From a virus: a stretch of 64,000 bases of DNA. The position numbers were made by a program, and so were the translations under genes. This document shows positions 43,292-52,109 of this stretch, piece after piece. How positions within the stretch are numbered: the first letter of the stretch is position 1; each line of letters begins with the position of its first letter. The notes under the pieces were generated by a model. It did not search any database, was not told the DNA's origin, and was given only the letters and a program-made list of their open reading frames with translations. The stretch lies in IMG/VR virus record IMGVR_UViG_3300045973_000529, positions 64,001-128,000 of that record, one strand, 5' to 3'.

Positions 43292-43539
43292 ACTACGTCT
43301 ACAACGACGTCGAAGTGAAGCTCACAGGCCGCAAGGCCTCAAAGCCTGGCATCGGCGGCAAGCGGTCTGAACTTCATGAGATCACGCCAGCCGATGAGAA
43401 TAACGGCGACTGGAAGAAGTGGGTGCCGATGCAGGCGCTCTTCCAGATCGAAGAGCAGCCAAAGCTGCCAGTACCGATGTCACGAACAAAAGCTGATGGG
43501 AGTGGCTGGGAAGACATTCAACCTGGAGAATCCCGATGA
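43288..43539 (+). CDS. hypothetical protein
   Basis: VEVKLTGRKA...EITP...WKKWV...LF.I, ATGA overlap. Confidence 0.8.
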   Translation: MNYVYNDVEVKLTGRKASKPGIGGKRSELHEITPADENNGDWKKWVPMQALFQIEEQPKLPVPMSRTKADGSGWEDIQPGESR

Positions 43540-43796
43540 AGTACACCGTTCTTTCGACCATGCAGTTGCTGATCATGACCCTGTTGACCGGTCTACTGGC
43601 TGGCGCGCTGTCCATCGGCTTCGTCATCTGGCGTGACTACAAGCTGCTGCCAATCGTCGCCACCACTGTAGGTGGCGAGTGCATCAAGGTGCTGAACCTC
43701 CAGAACGGGCATGCCTTCTCGTGCCCGGACAAGGACGTGCTGCTGCGACAGTACCGGGTGCAGGTGCTCCCGGTTGAGGCCAAAGCCAGCCAATAA
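43536..43796 (+). CDS. membrane-anchored small protein
   Basis: N-terminal TM helix, C..C pair in soluble part. Confidence 0.75.
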   Translation: MKYTVLSTMQLLIMTLLTGLLAGALSIGFVIWRDYKLLPIVATTVGGECIKVLNLQNGHAFSCPDKDVLLRQYRVQVLPVEAKASQ

Positions 43797-43805
43797 CCGG
43801 TGGCC

Positions 43806-43811
43806 TAAATA
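43806..43811 (+). promoter_or_regulatory. late promoter box TAAATA
   Basis: cTAAATAg overlapping the 5' arm of a 9-bp hairpin. Confidence 0.7.
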
Positions 43812-43836
43812 GGGCTGTTGCAATGACAGCCCTACC

Positions 43837-45009
43837 ATGAAAAAGTATGTGACGATGAAGTGCTCCGTGTGCGCACGGACACGCGATTCGCTGATTGACA
43901 TCACGCACTACGCCACCGACAAATGCACCATCACTTTGGGGTGCGAAGGTCGGTTGGCCCCAATTGGTTATACCAGTGATGGCACGGTGCTGAACAGCAT
44001 TCCTCCAACGGGATTGACGAACTGGTATCCGCGCGGCAGTGCTGTCACCGGCATCATTCCCCTAACTGAACAAACGCTGTACGACACTGCCACGGGAGCC
44101 ACTAAGCGGCAGTTCATTCTCGCCGTGTCAAACACTTCACTGGGGTTCGTTCCAAGCGACAACGCCACCATTGCACTGCACCTCGCCGGTGAGCCGCAAT
44201 CAGCGAAAGACTATCGGCAGTACCTGTACCGCAAGTCTGGTTCGTTCACTACTGTGAACGGCACTGAAGATGGTGCCAGCAAGAAGGTGCTGCGGTATGA
44301 CATCACAGGCACCAATCCTGATGTGGTTGACGTGTACGTGAACGGGGTGAAGTACGTCAGAGGCACGACTGCCGGTACCTATCGGCTCTATGATGGCACC
44401 GTCACCTCGGCAGCGCCACCGAACACGGTTCTGTTCAACACCACCATCACCGGTTCCTCTACCCAAGTGGATGTGATCGTCACGAAGGCAGCAGTTCCGA
44501 CTGAGCTGACACTGAACTTCTCGCGCATGATTCTTGACGAGTCACGCACTGGCACCGGCGCATGGGAGGGCATTGACGCCGTCAAGCATCAAGCCACCAA
44601 GGTAATGCACTCGCTGTTCTACTGCGACGTCTCTGAGGTGGCACCTCTGCAAGACGTGAAGCTTCGACTTAGCAGCACGGCGAGCACGCTGCACGATGCC
44701 GCTACCGTCACGCTCAATCCGGCTTGGGGCATCATTCTGCTGTCGCATGAAAAGCTCTACACACCACTGGATCGTCAGCGTGCCATGTACGTACCATTGA
44801 GTGCATTGAACAATGCAACCAATTACCTCGTGATGAAGTTCATCGACGGGGTGTACCAATTGCTCGTCACGAAGGACTCTGCAGTGGACGTGTTTCCACC
44901 GTTTGAAGTCATTCGCCTGAGCACCGCTGCGCTGGTGAAGACTGGCGTCACAGGCGATTCGAGCGCGCAGCAGCTCAACAACTCTGTCATCGTAGGACCA
45001 GACGCATGA
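43837..45009 (+). CDS. late (probably virion) protein with N-terminal zinc-binding motif
   Basis: KCSVC...KCTITLGC; beta-rich Thr/Gly body with VDVYVNGV motif. Confidence 0.75.
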   Translation: MKKYVTMKCSVCARTRDSLIDITHYATDKCTITLGCEGRLAPIGYTSDGTVLNSIPPTGLTNWYPRGSAVTGIIPLTEQTLYDTATGATKRQFILAVSNTSLGFVPSDNATIALHLAGEPQSAKDYRQYLYRKSGSFTTVNGTEDGASKKVLRYDITGTNPDVVDVYVNGVKYVRGTTAGTYRLYDGTVTSAAPPNTVLFNTTITGSSTQVDVIVTKAAVPTELTLNFSRMILDESRTGTGAWEGIDAVKHQATKVMHSLFYCDVSEVAPLQDVKLRLSSTASTLHDAATVTLNPAWGIILLSHEKLYTPLDRQRAMYVPLSALNNATNYLVMKFIDGVYQLLVTKDSAVDVFPPFEVIRLSTAALVKTGVTGDSSAQQLNNSVIVGPDA

Positions 45010-45461
45010 TCACTCCCCCTCTCGTTGTTCCAAGTTTCTACACGGCATTGTTCGAGCGCACAGGCGCTCAAGAGATCATGAAGCTGGTCGCGCCAACGAG
45101 TGGCAAGGACATTGACCAAGTGCTCGTGACGTCAATCGACATGGCATCAGATCTTGAAGCCAGCGTTGAGCTTCGTGATGCGATCATGAAGGTCATGGAC
45201 GGCGCTGGCGTGCTGTTCGATGAGAAGTTGAAATTCAATCCGCTGTACCTCCCCACTGATTCAGACGTGCTGGCAGAGGCGATGGAGGTTGACGACGACG
45301 GTGTAGTCAAGTCTATCAGCGGGTTCGACAATCCGTTCATCACCATGAACATGTCAATTATGACGGCTGATGAAGGTGAAGCGGTGCTTGGCAAGGTGTG
45401 CTACAAGCAGTTCGAGCTGCCACCATACAACGACATCTTCGAAAGCAGAAAGCCATCATGA
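45006..45461 (+). CDS. hypothetical acidic protein
   Basis: 151 aa, ATGA overlap. Confidence 0.75.
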   Translation: MITPPLVVPSFYTALFERTGAQEIMKLVAPTSGKDIDQVLVTSIDMASDLEASVELRDAIMKVMDGAGVLFDEKLKFNPLYLPTDSDVLAEAMEVDDDGVVKSISGFDNPFITMNMSIMTADEGEAVLGKVCYKQFELPPYNDIFESRKPS

Positions 45462-45865
45462 ACTTCGCCACCCCTGTGAACTATCGCTATGCGATGAACC
45501 TGAAGCTGAATCAAGTTCACGGCACTGCGCCAACTCAGCCGTTCTTCCCATCAATCGAAGACATCGTCTTCAGCTCCCGCGAGTTCAGGGAGTTCGACGA
45601 GGCAGTGCAGTCGGCAAACATGTTCGTGGCCGAGGTGACCAGAACGGCGAATGACATGGCGAAGCTTGAGAAGTACAAGATGATCAGTGAGATCAACCCC
45701 AAGTTCACCGGCAAGGAAACGATCTCGAAGAACTGGGACAGCAACGAGGTTGCGAAGCTGTGGATCATCGACGCAGCGCGACAGGAAAAGTACCCTGGTC
45801 AGATGCTGGCGGTTGGGCTGACCCAGATTCTCGAAGTGCCACAGGAACTGGTCCCGCTCATGTGA
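45458..45865 (+). CDS. hypothetical protein
   Basis: ATGA overlap at 45458. Confidence 0.75.
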   Translation: MNFATPVNYRYAMNLKLNQVHGTAPTQPFFPSIEDIVFSSREFREFDEAVQSANMFVAEVTRTANDMAKLEKYKMISEINPKFTGKETISKNWDSNEVAKLWIIDAARQEKYPGQMLAVGLTQILEVPQELVPLM

Positions 45866-45891
45866 CCCAGTCCCTTGCTTGGGACGCCTCT

Positions 45892-45912
45892 CGTTACAGT
45901 TGGTTGTACAAT
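45892..45912 (+). promoter_or_regulatory. promoter upstream of replication genes
   Basis: CGTTACA 45892-45898 and TG-TACAAT 45907-45912. Confidence 0.55.
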
Positions 45913-45944
45913 GACGTTACGACTTACCAACCACAGAGGTGCAC

Positions 45945-46295
45945 ATGCGCGAACTCTCCAACACTGTCTCCGCCGACAAGCCGAACACCAAGTTCCGTTC
46001 CATTCAGGACATCCTCAAGGACCCGCTCCTGAAGGCCAAGCTGAACAATCTCGTCGACGAAGCGGTGCGCTGCAAGCAACGCATCTACGGCGAGCAGCAA
46101 GCGATCAAGGATCTGCGCGACGTCGCTCGCAATGATGTGTCGCTGAACCCGAAGCACTTCAACTACTACGTGGCGATGGTGTTCAACAACGACTACGCAG
46201 CGCGCAAGGAAGACGTCGATCAACTCGGCACGCTGATCGATGCAGTGCTGGCTCTGGGCATCAACGACGATGTGCCTGGCGATGCCGACGACTGA
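45945..46295 (+). CDS. dsbA: T4 DsbA-like double-stranded DNA-binding protein
   Basis: LNNLVDEAVRCKQRIYGEQQAIKDLRDVARNDVSLNPKHFN resembles T4 DsbA LAKFIKEASDHKLKISGYNELIKDIR..AKDELGVDGKMFN; GAGG SD. Confidence 0.7.
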   Translation: MRELSNTVSADKPNTKFRSIQDILKDPLLKAKLNNLVDEAVRCKQRIYGEQQAIKDLRDVARNDVSLNPKHFNYYVAMVFNNDYAARKEDVDQLGTLIDAVLALGINDDVPGDADD

Positions 46296-46596
46296 CCTGG
46301 TCGGGTACAAGCTCTTCAGGCTTCGGAAGGACGGGTCACTTGGCCCATTGTTCATCAACAAGCAGCTACGGCTGGATGTTGGTGGAACGTACGAAGCTGA
46401 AGAGCATCGCACCAAGGGCTACGCTTTCCGACCGGGCTGGCACCTGTGCAAGACCCCAACAGCGCCTCATCTGTCCAAGAACAACCGTGTTTGGGCGAAG
46501 GTCATGGCGTACGATGCCACAGAGTATCCGCGGCCTGAGTCACAGGGCGGCGCTTGGTTGTTGGCGAAACGAATCACCATTCTTGAACTTGCATGA
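46282..46596 (+). CDS. hypothetical protein
   Basis: YKLFRLRKDGSLGPLFIN...H.TKGYA.RPGWH...APHL...RVW motif-rich ORF. Confidence 0.8.
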   Translation: MPTTDLVGYKLFRLRKDGSLGPLFINKQLRLDVGGTYEAEEHRTKGYAFRPGWHLCKTPTAPHLSKNNRVWAKVMAYDATEYPRPESQGGAWLLAKRITILELA

Positions 46597-49502
46597 ACAC
46601 TTCCTACATCAGCTCCACCACCGACTGGGATACCGATCAAGTCATGGTGTGGGAGCGTCCAGTCGACGGTGGCCCAAGAACGCTGCAGCTTCACAAAGCG
46701 CTGCGATACTTCTATGTGCCTGACCCGGATGGAAAGCACACGGCCATCGATGGTCGCCAGCTCAAGCGGATTGACTGCGACTCGAGGGACGAACTGACAG
46801 AGACGTTGAAGCGGTATCGCGACAAGTACGAGTCGGACTTCCAGCCTGAGGCCCGTGTTCTGATGGACAAGTACTACGGTCGGCCAACGCCAATCGTGCA
46901 CTATGCGTTCCTCGACATCGAGGTCGACTACAAGTCGAAGCTCGGTTTCAGCTCACCTGAGAATCCGTACGCACCAATCAACGCGATCACGATCTACCAG
47001 TCGTGGACACGCGAGTACTTCACATACGCCGTGCCGCCAAAGGGCTGGAAAGGCACGCAAGAGTCGCTCCAAGTCGAAATCGACAAGCTTTGGGCCGAGC
47101 ACAAGCTCGCCTTCAAACCAAACGTCACGATCTGCAACACGGAACGTGACTTGCTGCTGTACATGCTCGGCGACATCGAAGACGCTGACATCATCAGCGG
47201 TTGGAACTCAGAGTTCTTCGACAATCCATACATCATCAAGCGCCTTGAGCGGGTGCTTGGCAAGAAGGCCATGGCTAGCATGTGCTTCAAAGGAGCACCA
47301 GCTCCGAAGGAGCGTGTCGTCAAGCGATTCGGTAGTGATGCCATCACGTACACCTTGTACGGTCGTACTCATCTGGACTACTTGGACCTCTTCAAGAAGT
47401 TCACATTCGAAGGGCGGGTTTCGTACTCACTCGCGAACATCGCAGCCGAAGAGCTGGACGTTCCGAAGCTGGACTACCCTGGCACTCTTGAGCAGCTGTA
47501 CAACAACGACTTCGCGCACTTCATCACGTACAACGCACGTGACGTCGAAGTCCTCGTGAAGCTGGACGTGAAGTTCAAGCTCATGCAGCTCGTGAACCAG
47601 ATGGCGCATGAGAACACCGTGCCGTTCATGGCGATTCTTGGCACAGTGCGATACGTCGAGACGGGCATCACGAACCGCGCGCACAACGTGCACAACAAGA
47701 TCGTGCTTGACAAGCGCATGGGTGCGACCAAGAACAAGAAGGTCGAAGGTGCGGTAGTGATGACCCCGTTCGCGGGTCTGCATGACTGGCTCGGTTCAGT
47801 GGACATCACGTCCCTGTACCCGTCCGTGATCCGTGCTTTGAACATGTCGATCGAGACGTTCGTTGGTCAGTTTGTGGATGAAGAAGCCGCATGGGCTGGC
47901 ATTCGCAAGAAGGACCACAACGACTGGACGCTGGTGATGGCTGACGACACGGCCATGACGCTGACTGGCGCCAAGTGGCACGAGTGGATGCGTGAGATGA
48001 ACTGCGCCGTGTCCGCGTTCGGCACCGTGTTTGATCAGAACCAGGCTGGCATGGTGGCAGACACCCTCACGTACTGGTTCAACGAGCGCGTCAGATTGAA
48101 CGCGGAGAAGAAGAAGTACGCCAAGCTGGCCGAGAATGAGAAGGATCCAGAAAAGCAAGCCGAGTATCAGCGGCAAGCAGATCACTTCGACCTGTTGCAG
48201 CTCACCAAGAAGATCCAACTAAACTCGACCTATGGTGCCTTGTTGAATGAAGCCTTCCGCTTCGGTCGCCGTGAAATCGGTGCCTCAGTGACGGGCACTG
48301 GTCGTCAGATCAGCACGCACATGGCGCAGACGATTGGTGAGGTCATCAGTGGGCGACCATGCGAGCTACGCAAGCGGTTCGCTCCTGGCACGCATGATCT
48401 TGACGAGAACGAAATCCGTCAGAAGGCGGGTGATTGGATCGTCAAGAAGAACAAGCCAGCACCAGCACGCACCACTGAACCATACGCTCGTGCGCTGCAA
48501 GCTGGGAACATTGCCGCGTTGTCGGAGCTTCTTGCCACTGCACTTGAGCTTGAGCTGAAGAAGGATCCAGATACTGGCGACATGATTCTGGCTCCAACCG
48601 GTGCTGTGTACTTCCCGGTGTTCACGGACAAGGAAGAGCATGCTGGTGACATCATCTACGGTGACACCGACTCGTGCTACTTCAAGACGCACGGTGTGGA
48701 CTACGAGGATGCAGTCCAGAAGGCTGACTCCATTGCGGAGCAGACGAATGCGACCTTCCCAGCGTTCATGGCTGAGGCGTTCAACTGTACCGATGGCCGT
48801 GAAAAGCTGATCAAGGCGGCTCGTGAAGTCGTTGCTGAGCGTGGCCTGTTCATGCACGCCAAGAAGAAGTACACCTTGCGTGTCGTGAACTTGGATGGCA
48901 AGGATCTGCGTGCCAAGCCGAAGCTGAAGTCGATGGGCTCCGAAATCAAGAAGGCCGACACGCCCAAGATCGTGCAGGACTTCCTGAAGGACCTCATGGA
49001 CTTGGTGTTGACGGGCAAGGAGTACAAGACGCTGGAGGAGTTCGTGAACTCGCACCGTGGCGAGCTCCTTGGTCCTGGGGTTGACATCCTGTCGTTGGCA
49101 CCATCGAAGCAAGTGAACAATCTGGATGAGTACTACGCCGAATACAAGCGCACCGAGAAGATCAAGCGCGGCAAGATGAAGGTCTGTCCAGGTCACGTAC
49201 GCGCTGCGATCAACTACAACGAGATGATCGAGCAGTTCGATCCAGGTACAGCAAAGCCGCTCAAGGCAGGCGACAAAGCCGCGATTCTGTACTTGCGCGA
49301 GAACTCGTTTGGGCTGAAGTCGATTGGCTTCCCGGCCGACATGCAGCATCTGCCCGACTGGTTCAATAAGAACTTCAAGGTCGACATGAAACTCACCGAA
49401 GAGAAGATGGTCGACTCCAAGATCGATGGCATCTTCGAGGCGCTTGGGTTCGAGGTGCCGACCTTGCAGCGCTCCTTCCTAGGAACCATGTTCACATTTT
49501 GA
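46593..49502 (+). CDS. 43: family B DNA polymerase (T4 gp43-like)
   Basis: FLDIE, GWNSEFFD, SVDITSLYPS, KIQLNSTYG, YGDTDS, KKKY motifs. Confidence 0.98.
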   Translation: MNTSYISSTTDWDTDQVMVWERPVDGGPRTLQLHKALRYFYVPDPDGKHTAIDGRQLKRIDCDSRDELTETLKRYRDKYESDFQPEARVLMDKYYGRPTPIVHYAFLDIEVDYKSKLGFSSPENPYAPINAITIYQSWTREYFTYAVPPKGWKGTQESLQVEIDKLWAEHKLAFKPNVTICNTERDLLLYMLGDIEDADIISGWNSEFFDNPYIIKRLERVLGKKAMASMCFKGAPAPKERVVKRFGSDAITYTLYGRTHLDYLDLFKKFTFEGRVSYSLANIAAEELDVPKLDYPGTLEQLYNNDFAHFITYNARDVEVLVKLDVKFKLMQLVNQMAHENTVPFMAILGTVRYVETGITNRAHNVHNKIVLDKRMGATKNKKVEGAVVMTPFAGLHDWLGSVDITSLYPSVIRALNMSIETFVGQFVDEEAAWAGIRKKDHNDWTLVMADDTAMTLTGAKWHEWMREMNCAVSAFGTVFDQNQAGMVADTLTYWFNERVRLNAEKKKYAKLAENEKDPEKQAEYQRQADHFDLLQLTKKIQLNSTYGALLNEAFRFGRREIGASVTGTGRQISTHMAQTIGEVISGRPCELRKRFAPGTHDLDENEIRQKAGDWIVKKNKPAPARTTEPYARALQAGNIAALSELLATALELELKKDPDTGDMILAPTGAVYFPVFTDKEEHAGDIIYGDTDSCYFKTHGVDYEDAVQKADSIAEQTNATFPAFMAEAFNCTDGREKLIKAAREVVAERGLFMHAKKKYTLRVVNLDGKDLRAKPKLKSMGSEIKKADTPKIVQDFLKDLMDLVLTGKEYKTLEEFVNSHRGELLGPGVDILSLAPSKQVNNLDEYYAEYKRTEKIKRGKMKVCPGHVRAAINYNEMIEQFDPGTAKPLKAGDKAAILYLRENSFGLKSIGFPADMQHLPDWFNKNFKVDMKLTEEKMVDSKIDGIFEALGFEVPTLQRSFLGTMFTF

Positions 49503-49511
49503 CCAATTTGT

Positions 49512-49517
49512 TACAAT
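49512..49517 (+). promoter_or_regulatory. -10 box TACAAT
   Basis: tGTTACAAT, 6 nt before ATG 49524. Confidence 0.55.
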
Positions 49518-49523
49518 TACATC

Positions 49524-50246
49524 ATGAAACTTACACCCTCAGACATCTTGAAGATCCGTGGTGCGTTGATCGCAGCACGAACCGCTGGCATCAACTCGGT
49601 CGTGATCACGAACGGGTACGTGGCTGGCGTCCATGAGAAGCACATCGCTGCGATCTTCAGTGCGTTGGCACTTGATCTCGACCCCGCCATCAGCATTGGC
49701 CTTGCAAAGCTCACTGACCTGGAGAAGCGACTTTCGCTCTTCGGTGAGATTGAAGTCGAGGGCGAGGTGAACGCGAACCAGAAGATGTGCAAGCTTGCGA
49801 TCCGCGGCAAGGGTGGCAAGATCGACTATCGCTGCAGCGATGAGCGACTGATCACGTACCCCAAGTCGAACAGCGACGAGCCAGGCATCGTGGTCACGAT
49901 CTCGAAGCCAGAGATTGCGCTCCTTTCGAAGGGGGCCAAGACCCTCAGTGCTGAGCACCTGACCTTGCAGGTCAAGCGTGACGGCACCGTGCACTTCGAG
50001 TGCCACGACACCAATCAAGACGAGTTCCAGACGGATCTCGAAGCTCAAGCTGAGTTCGTCGATGAGGTGTACCCCTATGTGAACCCGTTCGACGTGTCAT
50101 CGGGCGGAGTGTTCCTTGCACTCCTCGAGCACATGGTGAAGGACGCTGACACCGCGCAGCTGGTGGTGATGAAGACCGGCAACATCAGCCTACAAGTACA
50201 CGGACACGAAGTGTTCGCTGTCCCAAGAATCCAACATGGAGAATGA
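49524..50246 (+). CDS. probable sliding clamp (T4 gp45-like)
   Basis: 240 aa next to the polymerase; KIDYRCSDERLITYPK...VTISKPEIALL..GAKTL resembles gp45 TIFWPAADPSTVVAP...EIKAEDLQQLL..SRGL; inference. Confidence 0.6.
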   Translation: MKLTPSDILKIRGALIAARTAGINSVVITNGYVAGVHEKHIAAIFSALALDLDPAISIGLAKLTDLEKRLSLFGEIEVEGEVNANQKMCKLAIRGKGGKIDYRCSDERLITYPKSNSDEPGIVVTISKPEIALLSKGAKTLSAEHLTLQVKRDGTVHFECHDTNQDEFQTDLEAQAEFVDEVYPYVNPFDVSSGGVFLALLEHMVKDADTAQLVVMKTGNISLQVHGHEVFAVPRIQHGE

Positions 50247-50610
50247 CATGGATGACATCGAAAAGAGTCGCGTGGACTACGTGACACGCCTGGAAACGCA
50301 GCTGCAACATGCGCAGTCAGAGCTGGCCAATTACCGTGCAATCGCTGAGAAGTGGCAGCCGGTGCTGCACTCGGAAATCAGCACCGCCGACAAGCAAGCT
50401 CGCTTCACGTTGTCCTTCGGTGGCAAGCGTTCAACGGCCACGGTGCCGTTCAACACGATGCTGCAGTCCGATGCATTGACCCTGGCCTCGGCCGTTGTTG
50501 ATGCGCTGGTGCAGAGCAACGTGCAAGACCGGCTCCGCGAACAAGTACTGCCTGAAGTGCAGCGACTGCTGCCGTCGATCAGTACCATCAACGGCGCGGG
50601 GCAGTGGTGA
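50236..50610 (+). CDS. hypothetical protein
   Basis: 124 aa, coiled-coil N-terminus. Confidence 0.75.
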   Translation: MENDMDDIEKSRVDYVTRLETQLQHAQSELANYRAIAEKWQPVLHSEISTADKQARFTLSFGGKRSTATVPFNTMLQSDALTLASAVVDALVQSNVQDRLREQVLPEVQRLLPSISTINGAGQW

Positions 50611-50963
50611 TGAAGTGGCTCAAGAAACTGTTCGGGACGCGTGAGCTGACCGATGCTGAGCAGCTCTTGAGCACTCGTGACGCGTTCATGGCTTCGCAAG
50701 AGGGGACTGAAACCCCATGGGCCATGTTCGAAGTCATGGGGTTCGAGGCGAACGGCCAGATCCGCGTTGAGTTCAACTGGAACGACGCATTCATCAAGCG
50801 TATCAACGAGCTCGGCTTCCAGGCTGAGACTGCTGAAGACGCCGTGCAGTTGTTCTTCTATGCCAGTCAGATGAAGCCAACTGAACTTTCGGGCGGTGAT
50901 GATGCGGTGCAAGCCGATCAGACCCCGCATCTGAGTGCCCCAGCAAACAGGATCGTCGTATGA
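50610..50963 (+). CDS. hypothetical protein
   Basis: KWLKKLFG...PWA...FNWNDAFI...LGF; TGATG overlap. Confidence 0.8.
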   Translation: MKWLKKLFGTRELTDAEQLLSTRDAFMASQEGTETPWAMFEVMGFEANGQIRVEFNWNDAFIKRINELGFQAETAEDAVQLFFYASQMKPTELSGGDDAVQADQTPHLSAPANRIVV

Positions 50964-51997
50964 AACGCCTCGTGATTGACACCTCAAATCTCTTCTGGCG
51001 TGCCGTCTCCGCTCAACAGCGGTACGGTCCAGCAGATGCAGGCGACTCAGCCGGTCTTGGGCTGCATATGTCACTGATGTCGATGCGCAAGCATTGGAAC
51101 CACATTCAGCCGGACAAGTTGGCCGTTGTGTTCGAAGGCAAGGACAACTGGCGCAAGAAGTACACCCGCTCCGAAGAGTGCTACTCCAAGCGGCTGTACA
51201 AGGGCAATCGCGTCGCTGACCCCGGCATGGCGGTGTTGTTCGACGTCATGAAGGCGTTCGAAGACCTCGTTCGTGAGCACACGAACATCGTGACGCTTCA
51301 GCACCCAGAGCTCGAGGGCGATGACTTGATCGGTGGGTACGCCCAGCACTTCAGCGCATTGGGTGACGATGTCACGATCCTGTCGGGCGACAAGGACTTC
51401 GTGCAACTCCTCGGTGGCGATGGTCGCATCAGGCTCGTGAATCCGGACGACGGCAAGGAGCGGACCCTGACTGGTGTCTGCGAAGTCGACGACCCTGGGT
51501 ACTTCATGTTCGAGAAGTGCATGCGCGGCGACTCAGGCGACAACGTGCTGCCTGCCTTCCCGCGAGTCCGGAAGACGAAGCTGTACAAGGCCTATGGAGT
51601 CAAGGACGGCAAGGTGGATCCGGCACTGGCTGACTCGTTCGAGATGAGCAACCTGCTGAACAGTCAGTGGGAGTTCATTGACCCTGAGTCTGGTGACAAG
51701 CGCATGATGTCAGTCGAGAAGATGTTCGAAGAGAACCATCTCCTCATGAACCTTGCAGGTCAGCCAGCACACGTTCGCGAGAAGATCACGCAAGTGATTG
51801 AGCACGAGAGCGAGCACCATGGGTCCTTCAACTTCTTCAAGTTCAACGCGTTCCTCGGCAAGTACGAACTGAAGCAGATCGCTGAGCGTGCCAGTGACTT
51901 CGTGCCAATGTTCAGTGGCAAGCTGCCACAGGGCGAGACTGCGGCGCAGTCCAAGGTCAAGCGTCTGGCGGACAAGCTGTCAGGGTTCAACTTCTGA
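50960..51997 (+). CDS. rnh: T4 RNase H-like 5'-3' exonuclease
   Basis: VIDTSN, VFEG..NWRK, YKGNR, EGDDLIG, ILSGDKDF, GDSGDNV motifs. Confidence 0.93.
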   Translation: MKRLVIDTSNLFWRAVSAQQRYGPADAGDSAGLGLHMSLMSMRKHWNHIQPDKLAVVFEGKDNWRKKYTRSEECYSKRLYKGNRVADPGMAVLFDVMKAFEDLVREHTNIVTLQHPELEGDDLIGGYAQHFSALGDDVTILSGDKDFVQLLGGDGRIRLVNPDDGKERTLTGVCEVDDPGYFMFEKCMRGDSGDNVLPAFPRVRKTKLYKAYGVKDGKVDPALADSFEMSNLLNSQWEFIDPESGDKRMMSVEKMFEENHLLMNLAGQPAHVREKITQVIEHESEHHGSFNFFKFNAFLGKYELKQIAERASDFVPMFSGKLPQGETAAQSKVKRLADKLSGFNF

Positions 51998-52015
51998 CGA
52001 TCAATCTCTCCTTGC

Positions 52016-52021
52016 TAAATA
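52016..52021 (+). promoter_or_regulatory. late promoter box TAAATA
   Basis: gcTAAATAg immediately after an anti-SD tract. Confidence 0.7.
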
Positions 52022-52109
52022 GGTTGCGGCTTCGTCCGCAACAAAGGGTTCGGGAAGACGTGTTGTCCTACCGGTAAATCGTTCACGATCACCCGCAAGG
52101 AGAGAAAAC

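Noticed and set aside
42922-45868. TGTGACCC at 42922 and 45861 as variants of the TGTAAC promoter box
   Set aside because: Distances to the -10 (41 and 46 nt) do not match the 32-33 nt rule, and both overlap ATG-TGA gene ends that explain the sequence
48222-48680. Intein or intron in the DNA polymerase
   Set aside because: Insert is only ~90 aa, in frame, with no intein terminal residues or LAGLIDADG/HNH motifs; kept as a plain insertion
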